Shown one piece after another: positions 23,898 to 44,320 of a DNA stretch of 64,000 nt (positions within the stretch are counted from its first letter, which is position 1; the number at the start of each line of letters is the position of its first letter). The notes under the pieces were generated by a model. The model was not told where the DNA came from. It searched no databases and was given only the letters and a program-made list of their open reading frames with translations. Made by a program: the position numbers and the translations under genes. Location of the stretch: assembly GCA_020137815.1 (NCBI GenBank), contig CM035359.1, positions 2,790,001-2,854,000 on the forward strand. Reading direction: 5' to 3'. The stretch is from Hormiphora californensis (taxonomy: Eukaryota > Animalia > Ctenophora).

Positions 23898-24099
23898 TAA
23901 GGGGAAACTCTAACTGAATGGCATCCCATTAATGGGATCCCATCAACAGTAAAACTCTAACTGATAATGGACCACATTGATGGTTCTTTCTCTGTATTCT
24001 CTCTGTAGGCAGTACATTGGGGATGCCCGGGCACAAAGAAAGTTTTACTGTTAATGGGATCCCATTAATGGGATGCCATTCAGTTAGAGTTTCCCCTTA
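23898..24099. mobile_element. About 200-bp MITE
   Basis: About 60-bp inverted repeats (TAAGGGGAAACTCTAACTGAATGGCATCCCATTAATGGGATCCCAT and its reverse complement). A degraded copy lies at about 38290-38480. Confidence 0.8.
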
Positions 24100-24629
24100 T
24101 ATCCCGATAGTATGGTGGTTTTCTGCTGAAGAACTCGTAATGATTCTATGGAAAAGTTCGTATATAATACTGAAAGACATGTAACTGTTCTCTCGCTAAA
24201 CGAACCCCAGTGCGTCGGATCTCATTAGTATGTAGCTCGATTTGCTCTCCCCCTATTTCACGCCATCCATCCACACCCCGAGAAAACTGTTTTCCTCGAC
24301 GTTTCTGAGTTTCTCACTTTCCCTAATAACAACGACCTTGGACTTCCTGTTCAGAGCCATAGATAGGGGGAGTGAAAGAAAGGGAGAGAGAGCAATCTTC
24401 ATGCTCTAAGTGGTACAGTGATTAAGGATGGCTTCAATCTTTCTCTCCCGTATATCCATCTCCCTCTATCTCTCTCTCTCTCTCCTCTATCTCTCTCTCC
24501 TCTCTCTCTCTCCCTCTCTCTCCCTCTAATAGTATTCATTGTGGGCGATACACCTTGCTCCAATTACACTCCACGTTATACGTGTCACTCTAAACCATCC
24601 TCTCTGCTTTCTTTCCATCTCCCTCTAAG

Positions 24630-24743
<114 letters not shown>

Positions 24744-25043
24744 TCCTGGGCTAACTGCTTTTCAAGCGTATCATTTCTTTCCCTCTTTGGTCGGGCAGTG
24801 TCGGACAGGCGATTGGGTGTTGTTGATGAAGCGAGAGAGGGAGAGAGAAAGATAGAAAAAAGAGAGAGGGAGAGGGAGAGAGAGCTTCAATTTGCAATTT
24901 GAGGTGAATTTTGATACTCCCTGGTCTGAGTTCTACCAGATTTTGTTTCCAGTTCTCTGTGTAAAATTCTCCCTCTAAATTCCCTCAAGTGCACGAAGAA
25001 ATTAGCATGGTCCTCTCCATCCCCGTAGATTTCTCTCTCTCTC

Positions 25044-25141
<98 letters not shown>

Positions 25142-26960
25142 CAACTGTAATTGGAGAGAGATGAGCCAGCTAGCGAGGCTGGGGATGCTTAACGAAGGCG
25201 ACTCTTAATGACTGGCGACATGCATCCTGACCAATGAGATTGCAGGAATGAAATCACGTGATCTGGTCTAACCAATGGGAGGGGGTGATCCAGAGTTAGG
25301 TGAACGGACCCCGTCTTCTCTCTCCCTTCATTCTCCCTCTCTCCCTCATTGTGGTAATTTTTAAACTAGCACCCCCTCCTCCCTCCTAAATTTCCAATCG
25401 TCCCGGTCTGCAGCTTTTCTTGGTCTATCTCTCCCCGTTTATTAACCCACGTATATAACTATGTGACTGACGCGTGCCGGATTGACTCACGTGCAAGGTC
25501 ACGTGATCAGTACGGCTCTCTAATGACCTCTATCGGAACTTTTAAAATCATACCTCCACCCCTCCACCATTTATGATATTCTTTAGTGCCTTGCAGTACC
25601 TTGATTCACAGGGTACTTGATTGCCTCGCAGTTCGACCCTACCTCCCCGGGTTTGAACTAGTACTTGATCAGAATCTAATCAGGACATACAGGGATGGGG
25701 ATCTCTAATTGAGTTTCACCCCCCCCCTTCGATCGGAGAGAGCTATAGTTCTCTCACAGATTAAAACTCTCCCTCTCCCTTGTGTTTTAATGTTGCACTT
25801 AAGCCATTTTAATTTAAATACTGCCCCGAGTTTCACCAAGATCTGACACTGCGTTTTGACACGTTAATAATTGGATCGTCAAGGTGGGAAGGATTAAATG
25901 TTTTAAAGAGTTTCTCTCCAAAGTAACAGCCCATTTTAATGAGTTTTCCCAGTAGTACAACAGCTCATTTAGATCAATTTGACACTTCTTTCCGCAGCTT
26001 TACCATGCTCACGGCCCCTTTTTGTTATATCTAGCTTTGATATATATCCTTCATTCGCGGTATAGAGCTCTAGTTCCCCAAAGAGCTTTTTAAAAAAGTG
26101 CCCCGTCCCCCCACCCCCCTTTCACAATATGACACAGGTTTTGTATTTTTTTAATATTTGATTAAAACTTCTTGTATGGCTTGTCCAGACAAAAGGGCAC
26201 CTCAAAAATTTTCACAAATTTTTTACCGATGGGTCAATGATCCTTTATTTAAAGTTTTTCAATCAAATCTTTAAATTAAATTTTTTTCTAGAGCCCGACA
26301 GATTTATAATGCTATTGTTCCCCCCCCGGGTTTCTACCTGAGATTTCCCTTTTTTGTCAAATTACCCCCCCCCCCATCACTTCTCCCCCCCCCCGAGGTT
26401 TTTTTCATTATTACTTTTCTCCTACGCATTGTTTTTTAAATTTTGGCTCTTTTATCCCTTTTCCCCTTTTTTTTCGTTTTCCTCCCCCTAAATCCTTTTT
26501 AAACCCGATTATTTTTTTTCGGGTTTTTTTCTGTGGTCAGCTTTTTAAATTTTTCCCCTTTTTTTTCCTTTTTTTTTTTCCCCTTTTTTTTGGTTTGTTG
26601 GGTTCTTTTTTTTTTCCCCTTTCCCCCCCTTTTTTCCCCTTTTTTCTTTTTCCTAAGATACCCCCCTTTTTTTTTTCGATCACCCCTCTTGATATAAAAA
26701 AGGGGGGGGTACCTTTTCCAAAAAAAAAAAAAAGGAAACCCATCAAAACGGTTTTTGATCCTTTTTTTTTTTTTCCCCCCCCTTTGGTTTATTCTCTTTT
26801 CTCCTTTCATCTTCGTGGTCCCTTTTTTTTTTTGGCCATTTAGTTTAAATTGGGTTTTTTTTTTGGGTTTAGGTTTTTTCCCCAAAGGGTTTTATTTGGG
26901 GTTTTTTTCCATTTTTTTTCCCATTTTTTTACTCTCTTTTAAAAATTTTTCTTTTTTTTT

Positions 26961-27060
26961 NNNNNNNNNNNNNNNNNNNNNNNNNNNNNNNNNNNNNNNN
27001 NNNNNNNNNNNNNNNNNNNNNNNNNNNNNNNNNNNNNNNNNNNNNNNNNNNNNNNNNNNN
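26961..27060. other. Assembly gap (100 N) with error-rich, homopolymer-biased flanks
   Basis: N run; about 26080-26960 is dominated by T/C homopolymer runs typical of low-coverage consensus. Confidence 0.97.
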
Positions 27061-27359
27061 AGGAGAAATAATAAAAAAAGTTTAAAGGAGGAAAATGCCC
27101 CTTTATTTTTGGTTAGTGGGCCCGGATTGGTTGCATTCAAGTACAACAGAAACTGCACGACCTCCCCCTAATTAGACTCAGCCTTATAAAGGGGGGCGGA
27201 GAGAAGAGAGGAGATGAGAGGGAAGAAAGGAGGAAGAAGAAGAGAAGAGGGGAGAGAGAGAAGGAGAGAGAGAGAACGCTACCTGCCTGGGCTAATTTGA
27301 CTGATCAAGGTAGGACAACGGGGGAAGAAGGAGCCCACAATCCTTCTCTCTCAACTTCC

Positions 27360-27430
<71 letters not shown>

Positions 27431-27852
27431 TCTGGTCGTCCATCCACTCAAGGAGACAATCAGCGGCCGGTGTACTGCACAAGGCCGTAGGGCATCCAAT
27501 TACGGAGAAAGGAGAGAGAGGGGGGAAGAAAGAATTAAGGGGTGCTGAGTGAATCATGGCAGTCGTTGGTTGAATGCTGATTGGAAATAAATGACGACAG
27601 GCAGTCAAACAGCTGGTAAAGGGCGTTTGGACATGGCCGAATTTGGTCTGGCGTGGCCAATTATACAGCCTCCAACCCATAATACATATCAGCAGCTTCA
27701 TATTATTTTGGATTAATTTCAAGTCCGATAATCTTGGTTAATGGTTAGCGATATAATGTTTGTGGTGTGTGTCATCTTGTTCGTATGTAGTGGGGTGTAC
27801 ACATCACGGTCTAGGGCTTCCCTCCTGTCTGCAGGGATATAAGAAAGAGAGG

Positions 27853-27898
<46 letters not shown>

Positions 27899-28356
27899 GA
27901 GAGAGTTGGACGTTGATAGATTGGTTTATGTCGGTAGTAATTGAACGCATGCGGCGAACCGGGCACAAACTGTCTCAATTGACCTCATCAGTGCATTCAG
28001 TGCCACGTGATTCGTCAGATTTTGAGTCATGTGACCTATTTCCGGCGTTCTGATTGGTTGGCATCTGAGCTTGTTAGTGTTTGGTGTTGCTAAAAACTAA
28101 CTGGGCTTTCTAAACTGATTAAGCGGGTGAGCTCGGATAGTCCGACTAACTAATAATATACATGTGGCACGGGGAATTTCCATTTTACATGTGTACAAGA
28201 GTGAATTCAGAATTGGGTTAAATTTTTCAGACCACTCGGTATAAACAGGTGAATTCTTTTGGTGGTGCATGTCGTCAACTCTGTACAGTAGATTATACCG
28301 GAGAAAAGTGGGTATAAACCACTAGATAATGAGCCGAGATAAAGACCACTCCCTCC

Positions 28357-28456
<100 letters not shown>

Positions 28457-29442
28457 TCTTTTTCTCGTGACACTTTTGTCAATTACATAAAGCTGTCAAA
28501 GAACGCTAATCACGCTGCGAGAAAGAGAGAGAGAGAAAGATAAGGGGGGTACCTGGGATAATTTGGTATAAACAAGCTGAATTTGCTTGAGGAACATCAT
28601 TCCACCGCACGTGTATAATTGTCGAGTTTTTAAAAACAAGAAGATAGGGAGATAGAGAGTGGGAGAGAGAGAGTGGGAGAGGGAGACATGACATCAACTG
28701 CATTGGTAAACCGATAAATAGGTGCATATTCTTTATTTTCTTCTGCTTTTCACCCAAATTCAACGAACTGCAACCAACTTCCCAAGGCCAAGGTTGGCCC
28801 CAGCGGACTGCAAAAGCCAAAACTTGATAAATTTCCCCGAAACAAAATCTCATTACAACCATTACTTCTTCACTTCTATCATCTCATGTCTCAATATTCA
28901 GTATTTGGCAGGCAGCGATCATCACCCTGTATCATGTGAGAGAGAGAGGGTATGGGTACTGGGTAGAGAGAATGAGAGAGAGATAACAAAAGAGAGAGAG
29001 TGGGAGATATAACAAAAGATAACATGTCCTCCATCTTCTTCAGTAATCACTACTCTCTTCACGTGTTAACAAGGCTTTAACAACCCTCCTGTCCTTCCTA
29101 ATGACCTCCCAATATCACGTGACACCTACTCTAATTCCCCCATTGGTCGATCCCTGTCACGTGATTAGCGATCCTGGATGCTCATTGGTCCATTCCTAGG
29201 AGACAGTAGTTCTCGCCCTCTCCCTCTTGGTCCACCTCCCAATTTTGTCAGACAATGACTCCAATTAGGGATCTTGCGATGACACGTTCAAATCACTCGG
29301 TCGAGATCATCATATATCAGGCCATGGAAAGATGAGTGAAATGAAGAATGATAGATTGAAATGAAGAATGATAGATTGAAGAATTTTAACGAAGAAAAAA
29401 CTTCTAAGTTTACTCAACTTTACTAGCCGAATTTCTAATTTT

Positions 29443-30235
29443 TAGTAGAGTCGATAACTACATCGACCTCTCTCAATTGTTCCAGTTTTTGTCACATCTG
29501 TTTGGAGCCTCGACACGACCTCTAAACAGGTGTTACTTTTTCACAAACTGTTTTCATCTTGGTGTAATCAGCAGTTGAAATGTTGCTGATCATAACAAAA
29601 ACCTGACTAAATTTTTTCAACTTGGGGTAAAACCATGGGTGTCAAAAGTTAGCTCTAGGTCCCCTGAGTAACCATCCGGAGACTCTAAGAGATATTCCAA
29701 GCCGTTCTCCCGTAATCATTAATCCCGGTGGAGAAAAAAATACAATGCGGACGTACGTGAGCGCTGGCAGGCTGTTTACATGTTATTGTATGTCTCTCAC
29801 TCTCTCTGGAAAAACCGCACGTGCGGTTGCGCCGCGCGAGATAACTCTTTCTCAAGGGGGAGAAAAGAGAGAGACGCACATTAACGTTATACATTAAAGT
29901 TGAGGTTGTAGGCAATTGCACGTACGTCCATACTCAAATATGTGCTCTACCGGGATTAATGATTACGGGAGAACGGCTTGAAATATCTCTTAGAGTCTCC
30001 GGATGGTTACTCAGGGGACCTAGAGCTAACTTTTGACACCCATGGTTTTACCCCAAGTTGAAAAAATTTAGTCAGGTTTTTGTTATGATCAGCAACATTT
30101 CAACTGCTAATTACACCAAGATGAAAACAGTTTGTGAAAAAGTAACACCTGTTTAGAGGTCGTGTCGAGGCTCCAAACAGATGTGACAAAAACTGGAACA
30201 ATTGGGAGAGGTCGATGTAGTTATCGACTCTACTA
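29443..30235. mobile_element. Second copy of the 793-bp MITE, inverted relative to 236-1028
   Basis: Same termini and length; the internal spacer is the reverse complement of the spacer in copy 1, with only a few substitutions. Confidence 0.9.
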
Positions 30236-31512
30236 TTTGTGGTCCTCTCCCTTGCAGTAGCTCCCTCACTATTTCACTTTTTTGATTTGGGGAACACCGG
30301 TACCCGATTTATTAGCTATCTTATTAGACCATGTCTAGGAAGGGGTGAGGACACGTCTAGCATTGATTAAATCTAGCTGTCTTTGATTAAATCTAGCTGT
30401 CTTTGATTAAATCTAGACCGATCATGTCCCTCCAATCTTCGTAGGGGATTGATTAAAAGGTAGACCGTTATATAGTTAATACACCCGTATATGGTCCGTC
30501 CAAAGGGATCGAGGTTTATACTTTAATTAAGCAATGATTTCTTGATTATTTAGACTTGCTTTTTATAGCGAGCGGGCGTTTATTCACCAGCTAGGGTTTA
30601 TAAAACGAGAGAGATGGTGGCATGGTTAGACCTCCCCTCTCTCTGATCCCCTCTCTATTGCTGCCTCTCTCGCCCCCTCTCTCTTTCCCCTCTCTCGCTT
30701 TCTCTCTCTCTCCCCTCTCTCTGATCCCCTCTCTCAAATGCATTGGACACATGTCGTTCGAATTAATTTCTCGAGAATTATATAGCTCCCCCGCGAGATG
30801 CATGTTTAATCATCATGATATCTCATATATAATCGAGTATATATTGGGATGGTTATACCCCCCCCCCTCGTTATACGGTTTGGGAGTGAGGTTAATAAAA
30901 TCCCAGTGCTGGTTGTTGAGTAAGGGGTGCTGGTAGCTCAGTTGGACTAGTTGTGCGATGTGGGAAGGAGAGAGAGGGAAAGAGACAGGTTTTTAATCGG
31001 GCTAGATGGTAAACCATCGAATGACGTCTATCAACCGAGTGATACATATAATGTGATGTCATATAATAGGGGAAGATGATTTTCGGAAGTCGATCATTAA
31101 TAAATGTCGTTCATATCACGTCTATAGTGTGACACGGTCTAATGATATATTAACTTTTTTATTGTCACATGTGGTCCCGAACATCAATAGACAGATCAAT
31201 AGATTCCATATTGCTGAGATCAATGATATATCAATCTAGACTCCACATCATGTGTCGTCTAGATAATATATATTGTCACACCAGCGGCTTATTGGTGTCC
31301 ATCATGATGGTACGTTCATTTGATTTGCATTTTTTATTTGACAGCTCTGGTCCATCACAGTAATAACTAATACATGTAATAGAGTTCAGACAAAATTTAT
31401 CAATAATACCACGTGCAATATTTACTTACGGACTGACTTACGACATATCTCAATGTTTCAGAAAGGTCTTTTTCTTCCTGCTCCCACTAATAATCCCATC
31501 TCTCTCCTTCAG

Positions 31513-37467
<5,955 letters not shown>

Positions 37468-38974
37468 CTGTTAGATAGTAAACCATAGGAGCGGTGAGAT
37501 CAGCTCGAGCTCAAACATCTCCCCTGACCTATCTTCAGCCCCAGCAAGGACTGTTCTGAGGTGGATGATTTGAACTCTCTTATAGGAACTTTCCTTGCGA
37601 GTTAAGTTTTGCCCACTTTTTTTAAAAGAAATTTTCCCCTTCGGCGGGGGGCCCCTTTTAAAGATTTTGCCCCCGGAAGCAAGGGAAAAAAAAACCCACC
37701 AGGGAAAAGAAAAACCCCCCAGAAAATTTTTCAAGCGGGGGGGGAAGCAAAGGGAGGAGCAAAAAAAATTTTTTAAAAAAACCCCCCCCCCCCCCCCCCC
37801 CCCCAAAACCCCCCCCCCCAACCCCCCCCCCAACCCAAAAAAGGAAAAAGGAACACCAGACCCTTTAAAAAGGGGCCCAAAAAATTTAACAAAACCAACA
37901 TTTTTAGAAAATGAGAAAATCCCCCGTTTTCATACGTGACCCCATTTTTAAAGGAAATCCATAGTTGCAATTGATAGGAAATGCCCCCCCCTTTTTCTCC
38001 CTTCCTCTCTTCTCTCTCTCTCTCCCTTTTTCACTCTCTCTTCCTCCCCCTTTCTCTCTCTCTCTCTCCTTTTTCTCCTCTCTTTCTCATCATTTTTCCT
38101 CGCATTTAAAAGCAAAGGGAAAGTAATGAAAGCCGAAGTTGTTTAATATGGAGAGAGAGAGGTTTTAAATTTTTATGAATTCATGGATTCAATTTAGGGA
38201 GTTGTGTTTTTGGATTCAAAAGAATGTGCATTATCACAGGATTAATATATTTCTGGAAAAGCATTAGGGGTTTTGCAGTCAGAGAATCCTTGGGGAAACT
38301 CTAACTAATGGGATCCTTAAGGATCCCTCATCATCAACAGTAAAACCTAATGAAAATGGATCCAGTGAGGGTTTCTTTTTTGTATTTTTTCTGTAGGCAG
38401 TACATTGGGCACGGGCGCCCCACACAGTGAGAATAAGGGGAGAAAGCCCCACACGGGGTCCTTTATCAGTTGAGTTTTATTTTAGGGATCCCATTCATTT
38501 GAGGGGTTAGAATAGACAATGATCAAGTTTCACGAAGCGAGGACCTAGGGGTTTTATGGTACCTAGTTGGCAGCCTAGCCTCCTACAGGGGATTGCACGA
38601 CGTGCCCATTGCCCAAGTACCAAAGCTATGACTGGTTCATTGATTCAAAGATGAACCCCCCGACGAAATGTATAACCTTTTGTTTTGTCGACCCGTTTGA
38701 GTTTCGGGGGCCCCGAAATTAAAAATTTTAAAAAGGGTTTTTGATTTTTCAGTCAGTGCCTGAAAAAATGAGCCAGTCTTGTCAGTCATTAAAGCAAAAA
38801 AAATCAAAAGCCAAATTTGAGTTAAATAATGCTTTTAATGGATTTTTTTTCAAAAGGGGGGTAATTTGCGGGGCCCGGAAGAAATGGAATTGTTTTTAAA
38901 ACAGTGAAGCCAACGGTGTTGTGGTAAATTTGAATGCCGAAAAAATCCTAAGGGTTTGACCGGGGACAGCACCC

Positions 38975-41900
38975 TATATGTGTCACAAACTGGGTTTCGG
39001 GTGAAGTTACCGGGTGTGAATGCATGTCGTGTTGTAGTCGCGGGGCGCGCGCGGACAAGAAAAACACGCAAGGTTCATAAAAAAGATGTGCTCAGTCATT
39101 TGTTTTAATAAAAAATGAAAGGTCAATGTAATAGGTGAGACTCTTGCCGTCCCCTCTTTAAAGTCCCGTGAAAACGGGCAGTAAGAAAAAACTGAGCCCA
39201 TTTTCCTCGCGTGACCCCGTTTTCAGAGTTGAGACACCAACTCTTTGGGGGCCATATCTGGGAAACCGACAAGATAGGAAAAACCCCCGTCAATGAGGGG
39301 CAGTTTTTTTATTTTACCACGTCCCGGCGTTACTCTCCGCCCAAAAAAAAAATCGCAAACCCCACAAAATTCAAAATAATAAAATTCGATCCGCATGTCG
39401 GTTGAGTCGGTTGCATTTCGTGTATGTTATGACGGCTCGCTTTAACTCACACAGCGCGCAGAACATGGGGGGGAAAATCGGGGAGTAGAGAGGGGTCGGG
39501 CCAATAAAATTTTTTTCTTGATTTTGATTTTACCCATCTTCAGCATCTACCCCCTCATCAACCGACCCCTTCAGCCCCCTCCCCTCATTACCCCTTTCAG
39601 CACCTCCCCCCATCACCCCATTTTTAGTACCCCCCCCTTTTATTAGCCCACTCTCAGACCATCCTATCTACTCCATTTTCAGGGTCCCTATTGGGAAGAT
39701 AGGGAGGAAAAAGATTTGGGTAGGGAATCCATCCTAACGTTTCCATCTCTATGTTCCCTGCCTCATCAAACCCCTCTTTAGCTACCCACCCCCCAAAAGT
39801 CCATCTTTCCCCACCCCTACCCCTCACCACTTCAGATACCCCACCCCTTTACTCCCTTTTCAGCTACCCTACCCCCCCTTCACTCCATCTCTCATACCTA
39901 CCTCCCCTTTATCCATCTTCCCCCTCCCCTACCCCCCATTTTTCCCCTCCCCCGTTTCCCCACCCCCATTTTCTCCATCCTGCCTCCCTTACTCCCTTCT
40001 CAGCTACCCTACCTCCCATTTTCTCCATTCCCGTTTTCCTACTCCCCTTTTCTCCCTTTTCCCGTACCTACCCCCATTCACCATTCTAGCTTCCCTACCT
40101 CCATTTTCTCCACTTCAGCTACCAAAATCCCTTAATCCCTCTTAGTACCCTACTCCCTTTTCTCCATCTCTCACTTCCCTACCCCCCTTATACCCCCGCT
40201 TCCCCACCCCCATTTATCCCCCCTGCCCCCCATTTTTCCATCTTCAGCTACCACCCCCCATTTTTCCGTCTCCAGCTCCCTACCTCCCCCTTTATCCATC
40301 TTCAGACCCCTTTCCTCCCATTCCTTCTCTCAGTTCCTACCCCCCATTTTCTCCCTTCTCAGCTACCTTTCCTCCCATTCACTCCATCTCGCTACCCTAC
40401 CTCCCATTTTCCCATCTCTCAGTTCCCACCCCCATTTAAAAAATCAGTCCCCACCTCCCATTTACTCCATCCCTGCTCCCTTTCTCCATCTTCAGACCAC
40501 CCCCCTTATCCATCTCCCCGTTTCCCCCCCCATTTACTCTCTCAGCTCTTACCCCCATTTACTCCAATTCAGCTTCCCTACCTGCCATTTTCTCCATTCC
40601 CAGATCCCACTCCCCTTTACTCCCTCTTCAGCTTTCCTACCCCCCTTAATCCATCCTTTAGCTTCCCACCTCCATTTACTCCTCTTAGCTTCCCCACCTT
40701 CCCCTTAACTCCCCTCTCAGCTACCCCACCTCCATTTTATCCATCTCCAGCTACCCCCAACCCAAAACCCCCTTTTCTCAACTTCCCTACCTCCCCATTT
40801 CCCATCCCCCTTCCCCTCCCATTACCCCCCCCCCCATTAACCCCCCAGACCCCCCCCCAAAAACCACCCCCAGCCCAAACCCCATTTACGCACTCTAAAA
40901 CTAAACTCCCGTTTACTCCAATTTTCAGCTCCCTCCTCCCTTACTCCATTTTCAGTCCCTACCTCCCCTTTTTTCCCTCCCGCCTTACTACCTCCCCCTT
41001 TACCATCTCTAGTTCCTCCCCCATAACCATCTTCAGTCCCTACCTCCCTTCACTCCAACCCTCCTACCTCCCATTATCCATCCTACCTCCATTACCCTCC
41101 TCAGCACCCCACCCCCCATTTTCTAAACCCCCCACTTTCCTACCTCCCATTTACTCATCCTACCTCCCCAAAATTTCTCCATCTTTTCAGCACCCTACCT
41201 CCATTACCCATCTCTCGCTTCCCTACCCCCCATTTTCTCCCCCCCAGCTTCCACCTTCCATTTACCCACTCTCCTTCCCTACCTCCCATTACTCCCCCCC
41301 CAGTACCCCACCTCCCCTTTTCTTCATTCTCGTTCCCCACCTCCCCCTTTTTCCATCTCTTTATCCTAAATTTTCCCCCCGAGAGATGGAGTAAATGGGA
41401 GGAGGGAAATGGGGGGGGGATGGGAAATAAATGGGAGGTAAGTAGCTGGGGGATGGAGAAATGGGAGGTGGGTTTTCGAGAAAAGGAGTAAAGGGGGGTA
41501 GGGTAGTGAGAGAGGAGTAAAGGGGGAAAGGGGGAAGGAACTGGGGGGAGAAAGGGGGGTAAAAAGGGAGGTAGGGAGTGAGGATGGAGAAATGGGGGGG
41601 TGGGGCTGAGAGGGGTAAAGGGGGTTTGGGAAAACGAGAGATGGAAATAAAAGGGAGGGGGAGTGAGAGGGAGTAAAGAGAGGAGGGGGAAAAAAGAGAA
41701 AAAAAAGGGGGTAAAGGAAAGGGGGAGGTAGGGAGGGGAGAGAGGAGTAAAGGAGGAAAAGGGGAAGGGAAATGGGGGGAGGGGAAGGGGGATGGGAGGA
41801 AATGGGAGGAGGGAGCGAGAGAGGGGAAAGAAGGAAAGGGGGAGGTAAAAGGGGGGAAAGGGAAAAGGGGAGAGGAGTAAAAAAAATGGGAGGTAGGGTA

Positions 41901-43005
41901 GCTGAGAGATGGAGTAAATGAGAGGTAGGGAAGCTGAGAAATGGAGTAAATGGGAGGTAAAGTAGCTGAGAGATGGAGTAAATGGGAGGTAGGGTATCTG
42001 AGAGATGGAGTAAATGGCAGGTAGGGAAGCTGAGATATGGAGTAAATGGGAGGTAGGTAAGCTGAGAGATGGAGTAAATGGGAGGTAGGGAAGCTGAGAG
42101 ATGTAGTAAATGGGAGGTAGGGTAGCTGAGAGATGGAGTAAATGGGAGGTAGGGTATCTGAGAGATGGAGTAGATGAGGAGTAGGGTAGCGGAGAGATGG
42201 ACTAGATTAGGGGTAGGGTAGCTGAAAGATGGAGTTGATGAGGGCTAGGGAAGCATAGAGATGGAAACGATTATGGATAAGGATTCCCTAACCCTAATCG
42301 TTTCCATCTCTATGCTTCCCTAATAGGGAAGCTGAGAGATGGAGTAGATGAGGAGTAGGGTAGCTGAGAGATCGAGTTGATGAGGGCTAGGATAGCTGAG
42401 AGATGGAGTAGATCAAGATCAAGAAATATTTGATTCGGCACCGACCCTCTCTCTACTCCTCGATGTTTCCCGCCATGTTCTGCAGCTGCTGTGTGAGAGT
42501 TGAACGCGAGCGCGTCAATAACATGACACGACATGCAACACGACATGCAACACGACATGCGAGATGCGAATTTCATTATTTTGAAGTTTTGTGGGGTTGC
42601 GATTTTTGTTTTAGGTCGGAGAGTGAAACGGCCGGTACAGTGGTAAACTAGATTAAAAACTGTACGCCTCATTAGACGGCGATTTTTCCTATCTTGTCTG
42701 GTTCCTGAGATATGGCCCCCTAAAGAGTTGGTGTCTCAAACTGCTGAATCGGGGTCACGCGAGGAAAATGGGCATCAGTTTGCGTGTACTGCTCCGTTTT
42801 TCACGGGACTTGAACGAGGGTGACGGCAAGAGTCTCACCTATTACATGGTATCCTTACATTGTGTATTAAATCTAAAATGACTGAGCAGCATGCTTGTTA
42901 ATGAACCTTGACGTGTTTGCTTGTCTCGCAAGCGCGCTCGCGACTAGCAAACACGACATGCAGTTCACACCCTGTTTACGTAACGCGCGGAAACAATTTG
43001 TTGTC
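38975..43005. repeat. About 4-kb inverted repeat centred near 41375, with a 32-bp G/C-skewed satellite on both arms
   Basis: 38990-39540 is a degraded reverse complement of 42410-43000. The C-rich array (39540-41370) mirrors the G-rich array (GGAGTAAATGGGAGGTAGGGAAGCTGAGAGAT)n at 41380-42410. Confidence 0.85.
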
Positions 43006-44320
43006 GAAAGACCGAAGCTGGGTCGCACTCTCAGATCTCGCGCGCGGGATATTTAACACGCGCAAAAACAGTTTCAGTAAAAATAGTGCGCGTTTCCTGT
43101 CTGACAGGCAGCTTGATCCAGATTCAAGGCCGGGCTGTGGTTTCAAAAATGATTTGGGTTTTTCAGAAAAAAAGAGGCGTGTCGGCCAGTTTGTAGCTTT
43201 AAAAACAGCGACTAGCGAGATAGATTTTCTGGCAAATGTTCATTAGCCGCAATAGCCGCAGCCAGACGGCATCCACTTCCAGACGCCGTTCCCTGTTCCA
43301 GACGCTTTTCATACGCCGTCCAGCGCGCTACCTTGACTGGTTTTGCCGCAGACCGGCTTGAAACGGGCTTTACTTAGACGGAGAAAAATTCGAGAGAGGC
43401 CAGCCCAGCCTCAGGGTCCAGTGGCGGTGGAAAAGTCTTGTTGAGTGTATACACGTATTTATATTCAGGCCGATATTGGCCGCCACCCCCTTAGCTTAAA
43501 AAGAGTCTTGTTGAGTACTAAACAACAAGAACCAAGAGGGCGAAACCCCCCCGAATTATATCAACAAACTGTATCAAGTATCAACGATTGAAGGAAACTG
43601 GCGGGTTCTAGCGGAACCTTTTTTAGTACATGGGCTGTTGTTACTCAGCAAGCGGAACCTAAATAGTTTGCTCAAAAGGACAAGCTGAACGGCCGATATT
43701 TTTATCGTCAAGTTTTAGCATTGCACCCCATACATATGGTTCATCTTTTAATACCACGTGTGTTTTGTAGTATCACGTGACCCACACAAAGCACGAGCAG
43801 AAAGTGAGAGTGAGACTGGAGAGATAGAGACAAAACATAACATAGAGAGAGAGAGACACAATAACATAGAGAGAGAGAAAGGGACAGGGACAAAGAAGTG
43901 TGTGAGTCTCGGATGACTATCCAACACTCCATGTGTGTGTGTGGGGGTGTGGTAGGTCTATACACAAAGCCCCCGCCTCACTGGATCAATAGCGCAAGTG
44001 TACAACATGTTGTCGACAATAAGTTATTCCTCTCTTTGCTACATCAGGATATTATTAGGGTTTTGTCGATTATTTGACATTTGAAAAGCCACGGATACCT
44101 GTGAAAAATAGAACAGGTGTTCATTTTTATAATGCGCTGGTCTTTGTGTTCTATAATTCTCTCTCACGAACCTTCTATCGCTCTGTCTCTCTCTGAGAGA
44201 GAGAGATAGATAGAGAGAGACTCTCTCTATCTAACTCTCTCTGTCTCTCTCTCCCTGTCTCTATCTAACTCTCTAACTCTCTCTATCTCTGTCTCACCGT
44301 TCGAGGATCACCGTAACATC

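Noticed and set aside
24890-24915. Spliced-leader RNA gene (AATTTGAG|GT followed by AATTTTGA)
   Set aside because: Only an 8-nt resemblance, no recognisable leader upstream, and the Sm-like site is too close to the donor.
26499-27171. Lys-rich and Phe-rich ORFs around the gap (also 37471-37970 and 39751-41340)
   Set aside because: Translations of homopolymer-rich, low-quality or satellite sequence.
42286-42297. CCCTAACCCTAA as an interstitial telomere
   Set aside because: Only two units, embedded in a G/C-skewed satellite where such words arise by chance.
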